IMG/VR virus record: IMGVR_UViG_3300006072_000005
DNA: 20,000 nucleotides
Reading direction: 5' to 3' (one strand)
Origin: an uncultured virus (IMG/VR IMGVR_UViG_3300006072_000005)
Lineage: Duplodnaviria > Heunggongvirae > Uroviricota > Caudoviricetes
Shown here: positions 14,979 through 20,000 of the stretch, in pieces
Position numbering within the stretch: the stretch's first letter is position 1
How the letters are laid out: each line of letters opens with the position of its first letter
Notes under the pieces: generated by a model
Database searches by the model: none
Told to the model about the DNA's origin: nothing
What the model saw: the letters and a program-made list of their open reading frames with translations, nothing else
Program-made: the position numbers and the translations under genes

Positions 14979-14996
14979 TTAATATTAGGATAAATC

Positions 14997-17900
14997 ATGA
15001 GTTCAACTACTAGACAAAATAATCTACTACTAGCAGAAGATTGGCAAAAGATATATCAAACTTTTAGCAATGCAAATTTCCAAAGCTACGATTTTGATAA
15101 TCTACGCCGTACAATGATTGATTATATCCGTACAAATTTTCCTGAAGATTTTAATGATTATATTGAATCTAGTGAGTATCTAGCTCTTATTGACCTGATT
15201 GCTTTTGTAGGACAAAGTATTGCATTTCGTGTAGATCTAAATGCTCGTGAAAATTTTATTGAAACGGCAGAACGTCGTAGTAGTCTTATCAACCTGGCAC
15301 AACTTGTTAGTTATGTTCCTAGTAGATGTGTTAGTGCTAGCGGATTGTTAAAAGTTGCCACGGTTTCTACAACTGAAAATGTTTTAGATTCTAATTCAAG
15401 AGATTTGTCAGGACAAGTTATTGCATGGAACGATCCTAGTAATACTAATTGGTATGATCAATTTATTAGAATTATCAACGCGGCACTTCCACAAAATCAA
15501 CAATTTGGAAATCCATCCGATAGTGCAACAATTTACAATATCCCAACAGCACAATATCGATTTAATGCTGTAGCCGCAAATCTTCCTGTGTATTCTTTTA
15601 GTTCTTCGGTAGCTGGCAGATCGATGGACTTTGATATTACTAGTACAACTTTTAATGCACAGACGTACATATACGAAGAAACTCCAAAAATTGGAAATCA
15701 AGTAGCATGTGTTTACACTGATGACGGATACGGCGCCGGTAGTCCAGGCACAGGTTTTTTCTTTCGATTCACGCAAGGTACATTGAACAATGCAACATTT
15801 ACAGTTACTACTCCAAGTACTAACATGCAAATTAACATTGACACACCTAATATAAACAATACAGATGTTTGGTTATGGCAATTAGATTCTAACGGAAATG
15901 AAAGTGTTTTGTGGACAAAGATTCCAGCACTTACCGGTAATAATATTATATACAACAGTTTGAATCAAAATGTGACAACAATTTATAGTGTTACAACACA
16001 AACTAACGATTCTATTATATTAAATTTTGCAGACGGTATATTTGGTCAGATGCCTCTTGGTACTTTTAGAGTATACTACAGAATTAGTAACGGATTGTCT
16101 TACGTTATTAACTCGACGGATATTAATAACGTTTCAATTTCTGTTCCTTATATCTCTGCTAATAATGCACCAGAAGTTATAACATTGACATTATCTTTAA
16201 AAACGTCAGTAATTAATGCAACCACAACTGAATCCAATGCAAGCATAAAACAAAATGCTCCTCAAACATACTACACACAAAATCGTATGATCACAGGAGA
16301 AGATTATAATATTAGTCCGTTGAGTGCAAGTTTACAAGTGGCAAAAGTTAAAGCTATTAATAGAACATCAAGCGGAATTAGTCGATATTTTGACCTGACA
16401 GACCCAACCGGAAAATATTCATCAACAAATTTATTTGCTGATGATGGTATACTATATCAACAATTATTCAATACTGGAACAACATTTACCTATGTAACAC
16501 AAACAGATATTCAAGGAGTTATTGATAATAAAATTCTTCCAATATTAGAAGATCCTAACATTAGAAATTTCTTTTATAGCAATTTTATTAACTTTATTTC
16601 AAAGAGTGTTAGTGCTAATTGGTATTCTAAAACTATTGATAACAACAGTTCTACTGGATATGTTGGTGCAATTGACCAAACGCCGTTAGCAGTTGGATAC
16701 AATAATACATCAAATGCGTTACTGTATCTTGGAGTAGGGGCTTTGATTAAGTTTACAGCACCGACCGGATATTATTTTAATACCTTGCAAAAAAATATAC
16801 TAACTGCTATACCTGCTTCGGGAGTTTTGCCATCAGGGGGTATTACTTATTTGTGGGCGACAGTTGAATCTGTGTCAGGTGACGGAACAACCGCTACGCT
16901 GTCTAATGGTCAAGGTCCAATTACATTAAGTAAACCTGTAAGTACTTTGTTTAATAGTTTAGGAGCAATAACAGCCACTCCGTTACTAACACAAATTATT
17001 CCAGCATTTTCAACAGCATTAACCTCGAGCGTACAAACACAAATAATTGATTTAATTTTTAATAATCAATCTTTTGGTTTGAGATATGACAGCCCAACCC
17101 AGACATGGCAAATTATATTTGAAAATAATCTTAATACTACAGGTTCTTTTAGTCTAACAAATCAAGGAGATGTTTCTAGTACACAATTAGATGCTAGCTG
17201 GTTTTTATTGTTTACAACAGATAATCAAACTTATACAATTACACAGCGATCTTTAAGATATGTTTTTGAAAGTGATGCAGAAGTTTCATTTTACTTTGAC
17301 GATAGTGTAAAAATTTACGATATAGTATCAAGTTCAACAATTTCAGATATCATTAAAGTACTAAGCATTAATACACAGCCATTATCGACATCTGCATTCA
17401 CAACTGATTACTCATGGCAAGTTGTAAATGAATATTTTGGACAAGACGGATACATTGATCCTAAAAAAGTTATAATTACTTTTGCAGATCCATTAAACAA
17501 TGGTAGTGTTGACAACCCTCAGGGATTCATAGATATTGTTGACCCTTCATTACCAACATCTTATATTGTACAGAAAAAGTATTCTATTTCTCAAGGACAA
17601 GAAGATTACAAATATGTCTATAATGATCCTGCGATTGGCGGAGCTGGACCAGTTACAATTTTAGCTTCACAAAGTTTGGCTTATCCGTTATCACAATGGA
17701 CTGACGGACAGTATTTTTATTTTATAGATACACAAATAGTAGTTCAGTATACCGTGGCAAGCGGAATATTAAATCCAACATTAGACTATAAAGTTTATGT
17801 CGGCCGCGACGGATTAAAATTTCAATATACTCATAGTGCAGATTATAATTCAAGAATTGACCCAGGCGCAAGTAATATTATAGATGTTTATATCTTAACT

Positions 17901-18497
17901 AAGAGTTACGATACTGCATTTAGACAATGGGTGGATGGCGGAACGACAGGCACTGAACCATTGCCCCCAAGTCAGGATGAGTTGAATAATTTATTAGCAC
18001 CAAATCTTAACATAATTAAATCAATCTCAGACGAAATAATCTATCATCCAGTAAATTATACATTACTGTTCGGAGCGGCAGCTGATCCAGGTCTTCAAGC
18101 TGTGTTTGAAGTTATTATTAATCCTAGTTCGGCAGTATCTAATGCCAATGTTACTGCACGTATTCTAACAGCTATCAATCAATTCTTTGCTTTAGAAAAT
18201 TGGAATTTTGGAGATACATTCTATTTTACTGAATTATCAACTTATGTAATGCAACAATTAGCACCAGATATTATTAGTTTCGTTATAGTTCCAACACAAT
18301 CTGGTCAGTATTTTGGAAGTTTATTTGAAATAACATGTGCAAGTGATAGTATTTTCTTAAGCTGTGCTACATTTAGCAATATCCAAGTAGTATCTGGACT
18401 AACTCCAAGTAACCTTAAGACAGTTACAGGTACTGCATTATCTTCAACAGCAAATCTTCAACAAATAACAAGTGCAAATTATGGGGCAAATAGTTAA
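14997..18497 (+). CDS. Baseplate wedge subunit, T4 gp6-like (1166 aa)
   Basis: DFD.L...M..Y......F.DY..SS....LID..A, ENFIETA..R.S...LA....Y.P, F.DG.FG..P and ES...IK..AP..Y..QNR.IT..DY motifs; follows gp25. Confidence 0.9.
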   Translation: MSSTTRQNNLLLAEDWQKIYQTFSNANFQSYDFDNLRRTMIDYIRTNFPEDFNDYIESSEYLALIDLIAFVGQSIAFRVDLNARENFIETAERRSSLINLAQLVSYVPSRCVSASGLLKVATVSTTENVLDSNSRDLSGQVIAWNDPSNTNWYDQFIRIINAALPQNQQFGNPSDSATIYNIPTAQYRFNAVAANLPVYSFSSSVAGRSMDFDITSTTFNAQTYIYEETPKIGNQVACVYTDDGYGAGSPGTGFFFRFTQGTLNNATFTVTTPSTNMQINIDTPNINNTDVWLWQLDSNGNESVLWTKIPALTGNNIIYNSLNQNVTTIYSVTTQTNDSIILNFADGIFGQMPLGTFRVYYRISNGLSYVINSTDINNVSISVPYISANNAPEVITLTLSLKTSVINATTTESNASIKQNAPQTYYTQNRMITGEDYNISPLSASLQVAKVKAINRTSSGISRYFDLTDPTGKYSSTNLFADDGILYQQLFNTGTTFTYVTQTDIQGVIDNKILPILEDPNIRNFFYSNFINFISKSVSANWYSKTIDNNSSTGYVGAIDQTPLAVGYNNTSNALLYLGVGALIKFTAPTGYYFNTLQKNILTAIPASGVLPSGGITYLWATVESVSGDGTTATLSNGQGPITLSKPVSTLFNSLGAITATPLLTQIIPAFSTALTSSVQTQIIDLIFNNQSFGLRYDSPTQTWQIIFENNLNTTGSFSLTNQGDVSSTQLDASWFLLFTTDNQTYTITQRSLRYVFESDAEVSFYFDDSVKIYDIVSSSTISDIIKVLSINTQPLSTSAFTTDYSWQVVNEYFGQDGYIDPKKVIITFADPLNNGSVDNPQGFIDIVDPSLPTSYIVQKKYSISQGQEDYKYVYNDPAIGGAGPVTILASQSLAYPLSQWTDGQYFYFIDTQIVVQYTVASGILNPTLDYKVYVGRDGLKFQYTHSADYNSRIDPGASNIIDVYILTKSYDTAFRQWVDGGTTGTEPLPPSQDELNNLLAPNLNIIKSISDEIIYHPVNYTLLFGAAADPGLQAVFEVIINPSSAVSNANVTARILTAINQFFALENWNFGDTFYFTELSTYVMQQLAPDIISFVIVPTQSGQYFGSLFEITCASDSIFLSCATFSNIQVVSGLTPSNLKTVTGTALSSTANLQQITSANYGANS

Positions 18498-20000
18498 TGG
18501 CCAATAGTAATATTCCAACCGGCAACACTGGTCTAGGTGTTAATTTTCTTCCTGATTTTTATCAGACTATTGCAAATAAAAAGTTTTTGCAATCGACGAT
18601 TGATCAGTTATATCAACCTGGTACAATAACAAAAACTAGTGGATTTATTGGTCGTAAAAATGCAAAAGCCGCAACTGGTAAAGATGTTTATGTTACTGCG
18701 GCAGATAATACTAGACAGAATTATCAATTAGAGCCAGGATTTACAGTAACAGATGCGTTAGGCAATGTTACATTCTTTAAAGATTATATTGACTATATCA
18801 ATCAGTTAGGAGTGTTTGGAGCCAACACAAAAAATCATAACAGATTAAACAATCAAGAATTCTATAGTTGGGATCCTCATATCGATTGGGACAAATTTGT
18901 AAACTTTCAAGATTACTATTGGTTACCATACGGCCCTGACACTATTACAATTTACGGTCAGCAACTAGGTACGAATAGTACTTACAATGTTGCAATACAG
19001 GCTGAAGGTAATACAAATGAATATTTGTTTACACCTGACGGACTAACTTTAAATCCTGTATTAAAATTATATAGAGGTCAAACCTACAATTTTAATATTG
19101 TAAGCCCGGGTAATCCTTTTAGTTTTATGACTGAACGTAGTATAGAACAAGGGTATCTATATAAAGAAGGAGTTAGTGATCATAGCGTAGAGTTAGGAAC
19201 AATAACATTTACAGTACCGCTTAATGCTCCTAGTTTAATATTTTATCAAAGCGAAACTGATATTAATTTAGGCGGCGCTATTGAAATTTTTGACATTGTA
19301 GATAATACATTTCTTGACGTAGATAAAGAAATTATTGGAAAACAAACATACACCCTTTCAGACGGAACTGCATTAAGTAACGGGATGAAAGTAAATTTTG
19401 GTGGAAATGTAGCTCCATCGCAATATGCTGTTGGTAGCTATTATGTTGAAGGAGTTGGCGTTGCAATTAAATTAGTTTCTGAAAAATTACTAGAGATATT
19501 GAGTCCTTATACTTCCAATTTATCAGTCGAATTTGATTCTTCACCATTTGCTTCGTTGCCCTTTGATGATTCAACAGGCTATGCAAATGTTAAAGATTAT
19601 ATAGTAATTAATCGTGCAAGTACTGATCATAATCCTTGGTCTAGGATCAATCGTTGGTTTCATAAAGATGTTATTATAGCTAGTGCAAATTATAATAAAG
19701 ATGTTCCTTCATTAGATCAAACAGCAAGAGCTAACAGACCTATTATTGAATTTGAAGCTGGTTTAAAATTATTTAATACAGGAACGATATCAATAGCAGA
19801 TGTGGATTTAGTTGATACATACACAACTGATGTCTTTAATGTAATTGAAGGGTCGTTAGGATATACGATTGATGGTATTTCATTAGCCGATGGGCAACGC
19901 ATATTGTTTACAAATGCAAATGCCGATCCTTTAGTGCGAGGAAATATATATCAAGTAAGTTTTGTAAACATTCAAGGTCGCAATCAAATACAGTTAACTC
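18497..20000 (+). CDS. Large baseplate/virion structural protein (gp7-like position), N-terminal ~500 aa; continues beyond the right edge
   Basis: Absent from the ORF track because there is no stop in the window. TAATG coupling to gp6; reads MANSNIPTGNTGLGVNFLPDFYQTIANKKFLQSTIDQL...RQNYQLEPG...YSWDPHIDWDKFVNFQDYYWLPYGP; the same frame is open at the window end. Confidence 0.8.
   Translation, partial: MANSNIPTGNTGLGVNFLPDFYQTIANKKFLQSTIDQLYQPGTITKTSGFIGRKNAKAATGKDVYVTAADNTRQNYQLEPGFTVTDALGNVTFFKDYIDYINQLGVFGANTKNHNRLNNQEFYSWDPHIDWDKFVNFQDYYWLPYGPDTITIYGQQLGTNSTYNVAIQAEGNTNEYLFTPDGLTLNPVLKLYRGQTYNFNIVSPGNPFSFMTERSIEQGYLYKEGVSDHSVELGTITFTVPLNAPSLIFYQSETDINLGGAIEIFDIVDNTFLDVDKEIIGKQTYTLSDGTALSNGMKVNFGGNVAPSQYAVGSYYVEGVGVAIKLVSEKLLEILSPYTSNLSVEFDSSPFASLPFDDSTGYANVKDYIVINRASTDHNPWSRINRWFHKDVIIASANYNKDVPSLDQTARANRPIIEFEAGLKLFNTGTISIADVDLVDTYTTDVFNVIEGSLGYTIDGISLADGQRILFTNANADPLVRGNIYQVSFVNIQGRNQIQLT

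Noticed and set aside
129..19902. Short antisense or alternative-frame ORFs in the track (e.g. 129-353, 1139-1321, 3616-3942, 7945-8376, 8783-9211, 9332-9676, 15408-15830, 19717-19902)
   Set aside because: They lie within or opposite well-supported phage genes and have no motifs, so they are treated as shadow ORFs.
1..20000. Stop-codon reassignment (alternative genetic code)
   Set aside because: Genes are full-length and densely packed in the standard code. TAA, TAG (gp46) and TGA (gp47) all terminate genes at sensible positions.
1..20000. CRISPR array, tandem repeat array, IS element or intein
   Set aside because: I saw no regularly spaced repeats, transposase or intein motifs. Short duplications such as GAAAGCATT twice near 3110-3127 are coding.

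Overview
This window is a segment of an AT-rich, T4-related (probably large or jumbo) myovirus genome in the standard genetic code. On the left (minus strand) are a probable tape measure gene and the 5' part of a gp20-type portal gene, divergent from a gp26/gp51-like tail-assembly chaperone pair. The middle is a minus-strand operon behind a near-consensus sigma70 promoter: gp55-like late sigma factor, gp47/Mre11, gp46/Rad50, a small basic protein and a short GIY-YIG nuclease. It is followed by about 490 nt of non-coding DNA and a probable membrane/virion protein gene. On the right (plus strand) is the baseplate operon: tube initiator, LysM/gp53, gp27-like hub, gp5 spike, gp25, gp6 and the start of a large gp7-like protein. 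Three unexplained signals stand out. (1) A highly structured, apparently pseudoknotted RNA-like element of about 370-450 nt starts right at the GIY-YIG stop codon. (2) A canonical -1 slippery site would fuse the gp26-like and gp51-like ORFs in the manner of lambda G/GT. (3) A dense cluster of GNA-loop mini-hairpins is written into the synonymous codon positions of gp46. All family assignments come from motif recognition and gene order, not from database searches.
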